Below the pieces are notes generated by a model. The model was not told the DNA's origin. It did not search any database and saw only the letters and a list, made by a program, of their open reading frames with translations. Shown here piece by piece: positions 12,385 through 24,200 of a stretch of 64,000 bases of DNA (positions are counted from its first letter, which is position 1; the number at the start of each line of letters is the position of its first letter). A program made the position numbers and the translations under genes. Location: contig MU061579.1 of the NCBI GenBank assembly GCA_013265495.1, forward strand, positions 4,959,146-5,023,145, given 5' to 3'. This stretch comes from Vicugna vicugna. Its lineage: Eukaryota.

Positions 12385-12720
12385 AAAATTGGCTTGTACC
12401 ACAAAACCCTATTCCTAGTACCTTAGTTTCCTTTCCATAAATCATTGTTCAGAACAGTTGGCCAATTTACTATTAGTTTCATTGATCCTTTCCACTGATC
12501 TGATAGTGCTGTAAAGAATTTTGTCAAAGGCTTTCCAAACATCTAAGTTTAAAATCCTCTTTAACTCCCTTCCCGCATTTATCTACCTGGGGTGAAGTCC
12601 CTGAAGAATTTTACAAAAGTAGTGAGTGATTCCTTTTATTCCCTAAATGTGTGTTGTCTGTTCTTAATCAAGCTGAGCTTTTCAAAGTGGTTTCCATTTG
12701 ATCTCTAAAAATAGTTGCTG
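12385..12720 (-). mobile_element. Second CR1/L3 RT remnant
   Basis: Minus strand gives HFEKLSLIKNRQHTF (~12645-12689) and LDVWKAFDKIL (~12514-12546), matching CR1 RT ...SQHGF...LDFxKAFDKV; frameshifts between them. Confidence 0.7.
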
Positions 12721-13687
12721 AAACTTTTCAACATAACAGAAGTTAAAGGAAACTCTCTGAAATACCTAAGTGTGTTTCCAAGACTGGCCAGTTACTATTT
12801 TGTTTTGGTCATAGACTTAAAGGGATGTTTTATTAATAGAAAAAAATTGTAATGATGAAAGCTACATGTCTTTTTTGATTAAAACAAATAGTTCAAAAGG
12901 AAAAAAATTTAGTGTTCTATTAATTGGTTATCTTATTGTATTATTTTTAATTGACATCAGGGAAAAATAATTTTTTTCTCCTCTCTCAGAATGCTAGGTC
13001 TGCTAGAGCAGTTCTGGACTCTGATAGACATTACTAATGGGAGAGGGAGGGAATGTTGATGTTTGTCAAAGATTTGTCTTGAAACTATTAAAATGCTATT
13101 AGTGTTTCACAGCAGTTCACTGTAAATTTCTAGTTGGTATTGGCTATACATCTACAGACATCCTGTGTATTTTGTTTTGGAAGAGCTGATAAAAACATTT
13201 TGACTCTAATTACCTCTTTGCTCAGGAAAAATGGGTGACCTCGAATGAATAACTCAAATTTTCTAAGCTTCAGCTTCCTCCCTAAAAACAGGTGGCCAAG
13301 AAACTTTAGAAAACACTGGAAGATAGATGTAAGATCATAAAGGATGCCTATCTTAAAATTGCTGTGTTTTTCCATATCCCATGGTGTTATAATTTGTTTG
13401 GAAGTCCTTTCAGACAAGCACGAGTTTCTCAGTTTTCAGCTATGAAGTCTGATCCTGTTGAAGTGTCCCCACGCCCCACCACTACTCAAAACTGTGTAAA
13501 CATATTCTCCAAACTTTTTGTATTTTTGCAAAAACAGGTGTGACAGTTTTACTGCATTGGTGGATGACTATATTTCTTTAAGATGAACTTCTGTGTGCCC
13601 CCAATCTCAAGTCATTTTTTTGTGTACAATACACTGTGTGTTAAGAATGACCAAAAATCTTTTCCCCCTGAATAGCTTCTGACTTAC

Positions 13688-13736
13688 TCATTTCTTTTTC
13701 AATGAGAAGTTTGGTCTTTGAATCATAGGTGTCTAC
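13688..13736 (-). CDS. Candidate 49-nt exon (VDTYDSKTKLLIEKEM + 1 nt)
   Basis: cttcttgttggctcttctctcaag|GTAGACACC...GAAATGA|gtaagt; consensus donor, phase 0 in and phase 1 out. Confidence 0.55.
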
Positions 13737-14126
13737 CTTGAGAGAAGAGCCAACAAGAAGATAGCTTTCCTCAACATGAAAACTTTGGATATTTTCAGCC
13801 AGTAAAATACTAAAATAGATTTTTCTAATCAAGAAATTGTTCTCCATGCACACAGAACAATGGTTCAGAAGGGGGATAAAAGATAAAAGGATTTCCTGTT
13901 ATACAGACTACAGATTTTTGGGGACTGCTTAAGTTGGTCTTTATGGACCCACAGAATTTTCAAAATAGGTGTCAGATAATCCACACTCTTACTAAAGTCA
14001 TGCGTTAAATAATACGTGCATGGGCCTCTTACATTCTCTGGGGAAAATGATTCATGGTTCAAATTAAATTTACCATGGATTTCACAATACATATATGTTC
14101 ACATATTAATTACCAATTTCTTTTAC

Positions 14127-14168
14127 CTATTATCAAAATGCTTAATTATCTTTAACTGCCACCAAAAC
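14127..14168 (-). other. Candidate 42-nt non-coding or poison exon
   Basis: ctgctttacttttctctcag|GTTTTGG...GATAATAG|gtaaaa; contains TAA and TGA-TAA-TAG in the frame of the flanking exons. Confidence 0.45.
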
Positions 14169-15349
14169 CTGAGAGAAAAGTAAAGCAGATACAATACTAC
14201 ATGGATAAGAAGATTATTACTGATAGTCTTAATATTTCCCAAAGCAAACATACAAACAAGGAAGAGGGTCAGATTCTGAGTAAGATTTCTGATCTCTAAA
14301 CAACGAGCTAATGTTCTCAACTGTTCCAATGACCAAATTACATTTTAAACCTCCAGCATAGGTACTGAAAAATAGCAGTTTATCCAAATAGTCTGTCTCT
14401 CCCCATCCAGGTACATTATCTCATTAGGCATGTCAGCTGCCCTATTGACCATTATTTTCCTCCTGCATCTCATCAAATTCTATTGTTCTCCTTCTAGTAT
14501 TGACCTTTATCAAGTCAATCTTAATGCTGCAGTTGCCCACAAAGTTTTCTCCAATCGCCAACATTAAACTTTCTACCACATGTTTGATTAATTGTGTTGT
14601 AGTCTCCTCTACTGCCCAAGAATCGTTGGTAGTGTGGAAACAGAAAGAACAAGGCTAGCTATCTAATCTTGTTCTCGCATATATCAGATAGTGAGGGTGT
14701 CTATGGAGCTGCAAGGCCATTTAATTAATATTTTTTCCTCATTTTTAACTGCTGATGTTTCACTGGATAAGAGTTACAAGCAGACACATTTGCCATATCA
14801 ATGAATAGAGTGAAAGACACTCCTCATTGATTAAAATGCTAGCTATTACATTCAGAATAAGCGAGTCTATTGGGAATGACATTGGCAAACTAGACTAAAA
14901 ATTGCAGAAGTATTTCCATGCTGTCTGTTAAAGACTGGCAAGAGGGAATTCATATGCATGAGAGTGGTAACATGAATTCTAACTCTAATAGTGAGGGCAG
15001 AAAGTTCAATAAGTGAGGGATTCATTTGCCTACTAACTGGCTGTTCCTTTTTAGTACAGGTGCTTCAAGAAACTATTGCCCCACATCTGAGGAACAGGTT
15101 TAACCTTGTTTTACTGTTATACAATTCTTTCATAAACATGGAATCAGCTAACAGATGGTTTACCTATCTACTGATTGAAAACTGAGTGTCCAGGAGTTCA
15201 ATGTGGAGCATTACAGTCATCATTGGTAACTCAAGTTCTGAGAAAGTTTTATTTCACTTTAAGTCTAAGTCACTGCAGTTTTACTCATTGGTTCTAGAAT
15301 GTAAAATATTTATGTTAATTTGCATGAGTTTAAACAGACTTAATTCTTT

Positions 15350-15600
15350 AAGATGATGATTATTTGATAGGATTTCTTGATAATTCTGGTTACCTTCCTC
15401 TTAAGTACCCCAGTTTGCATACTGCTTTTAACATATATTGTAATGCCCAGAGCTGAATATACTGCATTATGTATACCATATGTGTGTACAGTGAAATATA
15501 TAATATCACTGTAATGTCCCGACTTGACATTATTTTTAAAAATTTCAAAGTTCATTAAATATGTAATTACCTTCAATATATTTTCAGCTGTCAAGCAGAA
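15350..15600 (-). mobile_element. Third CR1/L3 remnant (ORF2 C-terminal region)
   Basis: Minus strand QYIQLWA...KRKVTRIIK resembles CR1 EYCVQFWAP...VQRRATRMIK. Confidence 0.55.
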
Positions 15601-15804
15601 CATTAGGTTTTTTTTTTTACAGATCTAAATTTAAAAATATATATCATTTTATTACCTGAAAATATTTTTTGTGTACATTTTGATTTGTAGTCTGTCTCTT
15701 TTCATTATTTTGATTATTAAATTCTAATTTATGGTGTTAGGTAATTAACTATTCACCAGCAAGCAGTGAATGAGAAATTATTATTTTTAAAACCCACTTT
15801 ATTA

Positions 15805-15970
15805 GGCAATAAAAATAACATAAAGAATTTACTGTAGGCTAAGTTTTTGTATGAATTACTTTAATTTTCACAACAACCTTAAAAAATATTTACTACTATT
15901 ACTCCTATTTATAAGATGGGGAAGTAAGATTAGAGTGTTTAGACAACTTGACCAAGGCTAGAGTTAAATT
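15805..15970 (-). mobile_element. MIR
   Basis: 'tttaattttcacaacaacctt...actattactcctatttataagatggggaag...acaacttgaccaaggc'. Confidence 0.7.
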
Positions 15971-16545
15971 ACACATCTCTCGCCTGCCTTATTGTCTTTA
16001 AACCAAACTCAATTCTCTTTCTCCATACAGTAAGTTTACTTTTAATACAAGATGCAGTCTTTCAAAGAAAAAGACCAATATTGGATCCTCCTCAGTAACC
16101 TCTAGACATTCCTATATAGACTTGAATTCAATATTTTAGTTTTCAGGCCAGATATCAGAATGTCTTCTTCTTCCACTATGTCCTGATAAGGAATTCCTTG
16201 AATTTAGCTTGCATATAGGTAACACAGGAATCCCCTATTTCAGCCACAGTTGATCAAATTGCAGGTAAGCACTATACCCATGTTTGGCCAATCTATAATC
16301 CCGATGGTCAATAGCATATGAATCCTCTGGTATGATACTCTTCCCCTAAGTACCATGAAATTATTTGATGTCAGTAAACATTTTAAATTTAAAACTAAGG
16401 TAGAGAGACCTAGGCAAGTGTAACAGAGACTAAAGTTACACAATTGTTTTATTGTGTGAAAACTAGTCGTGTATTTTTCTCTTATTTACTATTAAATTTT
16501 TTCTTTTTCAAGCATGAGCTTTAAAAGAGTAAAAATAAGTTTTTC

Positions 16546-17529
16546 AGAATATATAAACAGCTCATACAACTTAATAATAAAAAAAAAAATCCAAAAATGG
16601 GCAGAAGACCTAAACAAGCAATTCTCCAAGGAAGACATACAATGGTCAACAGGCACATGAAAAAATGCTCAATATTGCTAATTATCAGGGAAATGCAAAT
16701 CAAAACTACAATGAGGTATTACCCCACACCAGTCAGAATAGCTATCATTCAAAAGTCCACAAATGACAAATGCTAGAGAGGCTGTGGAGAAAAGTAAACC
16801 CTCCTTCACTGTTGTTGGGAATTTAGTTTGGTGCAGTTGTTATGGAAAACAGGATGGACATATTACAAAAGACTAAAAACAGACTTAGCATATGATCCAA
16901 CAACCCCACTCCTGGATATATATCCAGAAGAAACTTTAATTTGAAAAGATACATGCACCCCAATGTTCACAGTAGCACTATTTACAACAGCCAAGACATG
17001 GAAACAACTTAAATGTTCATCAACAGATGACTGGATAAAGAAGTTGTAGTATATTTATACATTGCGCTACTACTCAGCCATAAAAAAACAATAAAATAAT
17101 TTCATTTACAGCAACATAGACGGACCTGGAGACTGTCATTCTAAGTGAAGTAAGCCAGAAAGAGAAAGAAAAATATCATATGATATCACTTATATGTGGA
17201 ATTAAAAAAAAAAAAGACAAATGAACTTATTTACAAAACAGAAACAGATTCACAGGCATAGTAGACAAACTTATGGTTACTGGAAGGGGGAAGGAGGTAG
17301 GAAGGGATAAATTGGGATTTGATATTTGCAGATACTAACTACTATATATAAAATGGATAAACAACAAGTTTATAATGTATAACACAGGGAACTATATTCA
17401 ATATTTTGTAGAAACCTATAATGAAAAAGAATATAAAAACAAGTATATGTATGACTGAACTATTATGCTGTACTCAGAAATTAACACAACACTAGAAACT
17501 GACTATACTTCAATAAAAAAAGAAAAAAG
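16546..17529 (+). mobile_element. 5'-truncated L1 (ORF2 C-terminus, 3' UTR, A-tail), artiodactyl/camelid type
   Basis: 'aaaatgggcagaagacctaaacaag...gaaatgcaaatcaaaactacaatgagg...acatgcaccccaatgttcac...aaacagaaacagattcacaggcatag...ctatacttcaataaaaaa'. Confidence 0.95.
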
Positions 17530-19327
17530 CATTTTTTAAAAAATTATAAGAAATATAAACATTTAACACTTTCCATTTTTAACAATGCAGTTTTGAGCAC
17601 AATTTCCATCAAACATTTACATGATATGAATAAGTAACTCATTTTGGTTAAAATATTCAAGCTGTTCTCAATCTAGAAATATAAACTATTTGTTGTATTT
17701 GTAGCAACTTTTTTGATAGCATTAAAAAGTTTTCTAGGCCCCTTTGATTTGTGCAAAATATTAGGAAATGCTCCAGACTCCTAATTATTAAAGCCGATTA
17801 CCCTTTGTTTTACCACAGATTCAGAAGTCATTTTTATATTTTTGTGGAATATTTAACATATTTTATCTCTTAGCTATTTCATAATTTCCAGATTTAAAAA
17901 CATATTTGTGCATATGTGTCTGCCTGTGCTAAGCATAATTAAAAATTAACAAAAATATTCTAAATTTTTGATATATAAATGACCAATGTGTTTAAATGTG
18001 TAATCATTTGAATCTAAAGTGACTAAAGAAAATAATACATCAGAACATAATGCCTCAACTGCTTTCACAGAAAATTCATTAATATAATTTTAGTATAAGA
18101 CTAACCAATATAATATGAGAATGTGTACTAATTATTATTTAATCAGATAATTGAAAAGAAAAAGATCAAGAAGACATTTTTAACACATGCCAAGACCACT
18201 TGTTCTATAATCATTTATGCTTTGTTTCACAGGCTATTATGAGATTCTACATAATTTTAGCATTTTCCAGTTTCACCTTTATTTTCCAATTAATAACTTT
18301 GTAGCAAATATAGAAGCACTGTTATAAATTAGACATTACTAATATAATTGTGAGAAGAAACTATACAGAAAAGAAACAAAGGTAAAGCATCATCATAAAC
18401 TCATTAACACCAAAGTGTTCTAATAGCAATTTCTATTTTTAAAATTCCTGGTTCCTCTGTGTATCCAGGGACATGATCATGGATCCGTATCAATTAACAA
18501 GGGTACACACCAGGGAGGATTATATCATTTGATTCATATGAATAAGTTGATTCAGTTTCAAAAATTTACAGATAACTTGCTGATGGAGGCCAATTTTCAG
18601 GAGTTTTACTATTACCTATTGTTCTTCTACTTTATAGTTCATAATTCTCAAAGGCAAGTTAATTAAACATGATTTTTTAAAGATACAGGTTCCTTCTGGG
18701 ACAATGCATAAGTCATTTTTATACTTCAACACTCACATACAACACATAAAATTGCCTTTTGAAAATTATTGTCACTAGAAAATCACTAGAAATTCAGGAA
18801 AGAAAACTTGATATAGGAAAATCATCTATCTTGTCACCTAAAGATAAAGTTAATGAAGGACTCAGAGCAAAGCATAGCTACCAATAAAACAAACATTTAG
18901 TCATTCTAAATATTCTTATATGCCTTAATATAAATTTCCATGTGTCTGCAGCTCATCCTTTCCAAGTCTCAATATTATCCCAAGTAACTTCAAATTCAGT
19001 TAACAAATCATAAATGTTTCTCACATGGTATTTCTAATATCTGCCTGTGAAATGCCATTTTTATGTAGACAAACTAAACTTTTATATATAATTTTTATAT
19101 ATAATAAAATATCAATTTGTTACTAACATTTCCTTACTCAGGCTCTTTACCATTCCATCTGTTCTTTACTTTGACAACGTGAGTTTTCTCACATGAAGGC
19201 AAGATAAACATTTTCTATATTTTGTCACATTCTTCTCATATAGGCCTAATCACATTTTTGAACTCACAAAATTCATCTATTGATTGTCGAAGAATATTTA
19301 ATTAGGTAAAATCTAGTTTACTCATAC

Positions 19328-19387
19328 CTCCATTTTGACTTAGAAGAAGATAAACTGAATTTAAATAATTAACTGGTGCATTTCACC
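19328..19387 (-). CDS. Candidate 60-nt exon: mostly 5' UTR, with a possible start (ATG GAG at 19333-19328) and a uORF MHQLII*
   Basis: atttcttcatttttaaag|GGTGAAATG...TAAGTCAAAATGGAG|gtatga; Kozak AAAATGG with an in-frame TAA 6 nt upstream. Confidence 0.5.
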
Positions 19388-20320
19388 CTTTAAAAATGAA
19401 GAAATTTCTAGATGACTTTAAATAAATGAAAAGCTTTAATTTGGTAGTATTTCAAAGGGAAGGATTTTTCTGTTTGCATCAAAGACTTTTTTTTAATGGT
19501 TAAAGATCCAACTATAAAATGTGTGAATGTTATCTGAGAAAAGTTTGCTGATTTAACCATTTTAATTCTCACTGAGTATTTGTGAGACATGTGGCTGGCA
19601 ACTATTATTATCCACTTTTTCTCTCACTCATACATTTGTGTTGCACTATAATAGAACAATGGATGGAATAGTAGGGCTTTTTAAGAGACAGTATTTTCAT
19701 TGTTGTTTACAACTAATGAAAAATACACCTGTATCCACAAATATGACACACATACAGATCGTCAAGTACCACGTACGTATTCTCTTATGCCGTTGGATGG
19801 TGGGTACTTTTGCTATATGTATGTGTCTAATGTTAGTACCAGTTTCTGTCTAGTGCTTAGCACAGAATCCAAACAATACCCCTTCAGAGGATAAGCTGAC
19901 TATTGAGAATTTTAAAGAACAAATGTTTCTAGAGATTATTGAATAGACGTTTCTAGAGATTCAGCTTTAGCAAATCACTGTGGAAGAAACACCTTTACAA
20001 CGTGTTAAAAGAGAAACGCTATAAAGACCACTTTGTGTTTTATTCTGTTCCTGTGAGTATAATGTTAAGTGGCAGACATTAAATTGGATCACTTAACGAT
20101 AATTCAAAGCCCAAATTTAATGGTAAAGTAGGCTCATGATGAGTCAGGGATAGAGAGCATCTAGAATACACTATTATATTTTTCTTAGGAAATAATTCTT
20201 ATTTAGAAAAAAAAGCAATTCATACTTCTTCTTGAGATTTGGAAATAAAATTAAATTTGGATTAATAAAAATTATTACTGTCATCCTGAAATAGCCATTG
20301 TGATCATTTTTAGAAATTAC

Positions 20321-20620
20321 CTAAAAGCAGATAGTATCCAGTGTCAGTGCTCTGGCTGTATCTCCATTTTCTGTACCGTTTTAGCGCACACTGGTGCACA
20401 CTGGTGCCCGTGCTTTCATGCCCGGTAGCCAGCCTGCTTCTTTGTTGGAGTTCCGCCTGAGGCTGCCAAAACACCATTAGCCATTCGCAGAGAACCAGAA
20501 TTTCCTGGGGATTTATGACCACACTCCTGCGCCCACCCTACAGGCCTTAATGTCTGCCCTGTGGAGGTGGTTTAAACGCTCATCAACTCTGGGTGTCATC
20601 TCCCAAGCTCTCCCTCCGGG
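20321..20620 (-). promoter_or_regulatory. Candidate promoter and non-coding first exon of the minus-strand gene
   Basis: Locally GC/CpG-enriched unique patch (about 9 CpGs in ~250 bp in CpG-poor DNA); minus-strand donor TAG|gtaatt at 20321/20320. Confidence 0.45.
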
Positions 20621-21264
20621 ACTGGGGCTAAATTACCCTCTGAGGGACACTGCTTATATTGTCCTGTATCTTTTCTACTTCTATTCCTATCCTATTCTCT
20701 ACCAGATTTTCTATTTATTAGTTTTTTGGATGTAAACATATCCTAAAAATTACTTCCAGATAAAACTAATCAGAACCTCATTTTTTTAGTAACATATCAT
20801 AAATACGTTTCAAGTATTCAACGACTAAATTGTGTATTGAGCAATAGGGGTATAAGGGAAATGCTGTGGGCAGCTTACACCAAGTCCACGCTCCTTTCCA
20901 TACTTTGTGTTGCTCCCAACAACTAAAAATATGTTTACTAACCAACTAACTAACTAGAACTAGCCCACTGCCCAAAGTAAATTTGGATTTATGGAAAAAT
21001 CTAAATGACTTCATTATTTTAAATAAAAATAAAATAAAAATGGTATAGACTTAAAAACTAGCTCTTCCCTAGAGTACTGCATAGCCCTGAATTATTTGTT
21101 ACAAATATTTTAAAAAGAAATAATTTTTAAAAGCCAACATGAATATTTAGAAGATACAACATCTCTCAAGGAAAATGGATAAATAGAACAATAATGAATT
21201 AAGTACTTAATCAGCTTTAGTGCAGGAAATAAAGGAATTAATGACTAAATCTTACAGCTAGCTT

Positions 21265-21720
21265 TGGCCAACCCTGCTAGCTGTTGCCAGTATTGTCTTT
21301 CTCCCTTCTTCTTTAATAATAAAATAATTATTTTTAGCTGGGTATATGACAGTGCCACTTGCAATAGGGTTTGCATTTCCTGGCTTCTGTAGCAGATTTG
21401 TGGGTATGTGACTAGGTTCTGGACAACAGGATGAGGTAACCTGTGTGCAACTTCCATTAAACACCTTTAACAGGCAGATGAAAAACCCTCCTGCTGTTTG
21501 GAAAATGGATGTTGTGTCTAAGGCTTAAGAGGTTATTCTTGCCCAAAAGGCAGAGAATGAAAGTGTGATTACATACATCACAAAATCGGTCTCCTGTGAT
21601 GGTGCAGTTGCTGTTACAACCTCGAAGAGCTCATGGCCCAGTGTCGTCTATGAGAGAGAAACTCATTGCTCTTTTCCTTTAGCCACTGTTACTTTAAGTT
21701 TCTTACCTCTGAAACTAAAG
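21265..21720 (+). mobile_element. MLT1J-like MaLR LTR
   Basis: 'ctcccttcttctttaataata...tgcatttcctggcttc...atgtgactaggttctggacaacaggatg...tttagccactgttactt'. Confidence 0.7.
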
Positions 21721-22109
21721 AATCAAAACCGTTTAATAAAATGAAAAGGGCAAGTGGGCCAAATTATAAATTAGACACGAAAATGAGATATTATTTATAC
21801 ATACAAAGAAAAAATTCAAAATATTACCAGAAAAAAAGTTTATCAGTAGGTTACTACTACACTTAAATATTTGCAAAAATTTCATTGTTTCCTAAAAGAA
21901 AAACAAAATGGGAATCTAAATTAACTAGTAATGATGATGATAATGATGATTGTAGTGCTAAAATGAATTCTAATAATAATAAAATTAAAGATATATTATT
22001 GTTAAATATGAATTGTTTTAAAAAGTTCCATGACACTAAATGATGAAAATTACCGAAAACATATTATGAAGCAAAACCGTGTTTTCTTTAAGAATACTAA
22101 CGTGAATCA

Positions 22110-22350
22110 TCGTCATCAATACGTATAATGTGTAGGGTCTCCTAGAGTGTTACTAAATAGCATTGCATTATTTAGTCCTTTGTAAACACTATAAGGCATT
22201 TGTCTTTATTCTTATTTGATAATGGGACATTTTTGACTTAGAAATGTTAAAAGATTTATCCAAAGTCATAAAAGTGGAAATTGACATGGTCGTGATTAGA
22301 ATCCTGTTTATCTGACTCTGAAGCATAGATTCTTATCTACCACATGCACT
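22110..22350 (-). mobile_element. MIR
   Basis: 'gacttagaaatgttaaaagatttatccaaagtcata...gattagaatcctgtttatctgactctgaagc...ttcttatctaccac'. Confidence 0.7.
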
Positions 22351-22358
22351 ATTCCTCT

Positions 22359-22602
22359 CAAAGTTTTTCAAAATACTCTAATTTTTAGGAATGCTCATAG
22401 ATGTTACTTGAGGGGAAAAAGTTCAGCAGTAAAAGTTTGGTAAGTAATGATTAATCAAAGTTAATTTTCTCTAGGCAAGTTTTCTTAGAATTATTAATAT
22501 GCTAATATAATTCTGGACTTTTCAAGACATAGGCTATAATGTTAGTGTTCTCAAACATATTTTGTTCATTAAATAGTTTTGAAAGTATATTTGGTAAACC
22601 TG
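22359..22602 (-). mobile_element. MER103C-like hAT-Charlie element
   Basis: 'aagtttggtaag...aatcaaagttaa...ttaatatgctaat...ttcaagacataggctata...gtgttctcaaacatatttt'. Confidence 0.6.
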
Positions 22603-23198
22603 CATAACTGAATTTGGAGTGTTGCTATGGAACACTTACAGGCATCACCAGACAAGGCAGTAACTTTCACATATTAAATCAATAACCGTGTTCAGAAAAG
22701 GCTCTGCATGGATTTTCCTTTCAAGGTCTTAGTCTTCAATTCTGGTTTCAGTTTATCCTTCTATGCTTATCCTTTTCCTGCAATCAATTTTCCAAACTTC
22801 AAAACTAGCTTTCTCCTATGTCTGTTAACTTCAGGAATGTAATCATTCAGATTATCCTTCTGCCTACAACATCGGTTCCTCTCAACAAAGGTTAGAATCC
22901 TAAAATAGTCTAATATACTAACACCTTGTTGAATTCTCTTTGTCTTCTATTTTGGTTAGGGGTTGGTTTGACTCTACAGAATAATATACAATATTGAAAG
23001 TTTTATATCTTTCTTTGTAATATATTTAGTTTATTATTTTTCTTATAATACTGCATAATGTTTGACATTTTGTGTCAAATTGTAGACTTGTCCCTTACGT
23101 TATTATTATTAAAATAATTATTTCTATTATTATTATGAGATACATTGGATATATAAAAGGATATAAAATATACTAAGAACATCTATTGATAAAGCACC

Positions 23199-23265
23199 TT
23201 GTGCTCTACACTGGAATTTGACACATTGTAAAATGATTATAAATCAGTAAAAAAGGTTAAAAAAA
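23199..23265 (+). mobile_element. ~65-bp extreme 3' end of young camelid L1 with TSD
   Basis: 'ttgtgctctacactggaatttgacacattgtaaaatgattataaatcagtaaaaaa' is the same end as 3727-3790; TSD aaagca(c/t)cttgt at 23191-23202 and 23263-23274. Confidence 0.85.
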
Positions 23266-23544
23266 GCATCTTGTTTAAGAAATAAAATATTATAAATATA
23301 TAAATACAAATCTAGCTTTATAGAAGTTGATAAGGCTGTAGAGCACCACAGCAAGTTACTAGAGAAAATTCTGGGAAAACTTTAGATGTACTTTATAATC
23401 TATAGAGGTAAGGGCTGGCATAAAGATATGCAGTGGGACATGTAGGGAGAAAATACATTTTAAAATACTTTTGTCACCTTTGTAGATCAACTGCTTTCAA
23501 AAGAATCTGCTCTGGGAGAATTAATGTTTATGTTCATCATCAAT

Positions 23545-24200
23545 ATTATATTCAAATACTTACTATCTGCTAAGCATTTTGCTAAGCTTAAATTGCCATA
23601 AATTGTCACTATTAATTTTCCAAATAGTCTTATGAAGCCAATACTGACATTTTGGCAATCACATAGAGAAACAGGCTGTGATGGTTTTATATGTCAACGT
23701 GGCTAGGCCACTTTGCCTAGGTATTTGGTCAAATATTATTCTGGATGTTTCTACAAAGGTTTGTTGTTGTTGTTGTTTTGAGATGTATATTTAAATTGGT
23801 GGACTTTGACTAAAGTAGATTACCCTCCATAGCGTGCGTGGGCCTCATCCAGTCAGTTGAAGGCTGGCAGACTGCCATTAGACTCTGACTGCAATTCTTC
23901 CCTGGGTCTACAACCTGACAGCCTATCCTGCAGATTCAGGATTTACCAAGCCTCCATAATCCTGTGAGCCAATTCCTTAGAATCTCTCTCTCTCTCTCTC
24001 CTTCCCCGTCTCTCTCTCTCAAGATAAAGAAAGATGATATATAGATACACATACAGATGGGGATATAGCTAAATACATACCACGTCCTGTTCCGTTTCTC
24101 TGGAGAACCCTGACTTACAGGACTAAAAATTCCTTACTGAAGGACACATACCCAGTAAATCGTAGAACAAGATTTCAAATAAGGACTGTTCATACTGTCT
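23545..24200 (-). mobile_element. MIR split by MLT2
   Basis: 'atacttactatctgctaagcattttgctaagc...gagaaacagg' resumes after the LTR as 'ctgaaggacacatacccagtaaat...gatttcaaa'. Confidence 0.55.
23677..24119 (+). mobile_element. MLT2 (ERVL) solo LTR
   Basis: TG...CA ends; 'tgtgatggttttatatgtcaac...tatttggtcaaatattattctggatgtttct...gtagattaccctccata...tttctctggagaaccctgacttaca'. Confidence 0.9.

Noticed and set aside
19925..19961. 13-bp direct repeat gtttctagagatt with an 11-bp spacer (CRISPR- or HSE-like)
   Set aside because: Only two copies in mammalian DNA and an imperfect heat-shock element; a simple local duplication
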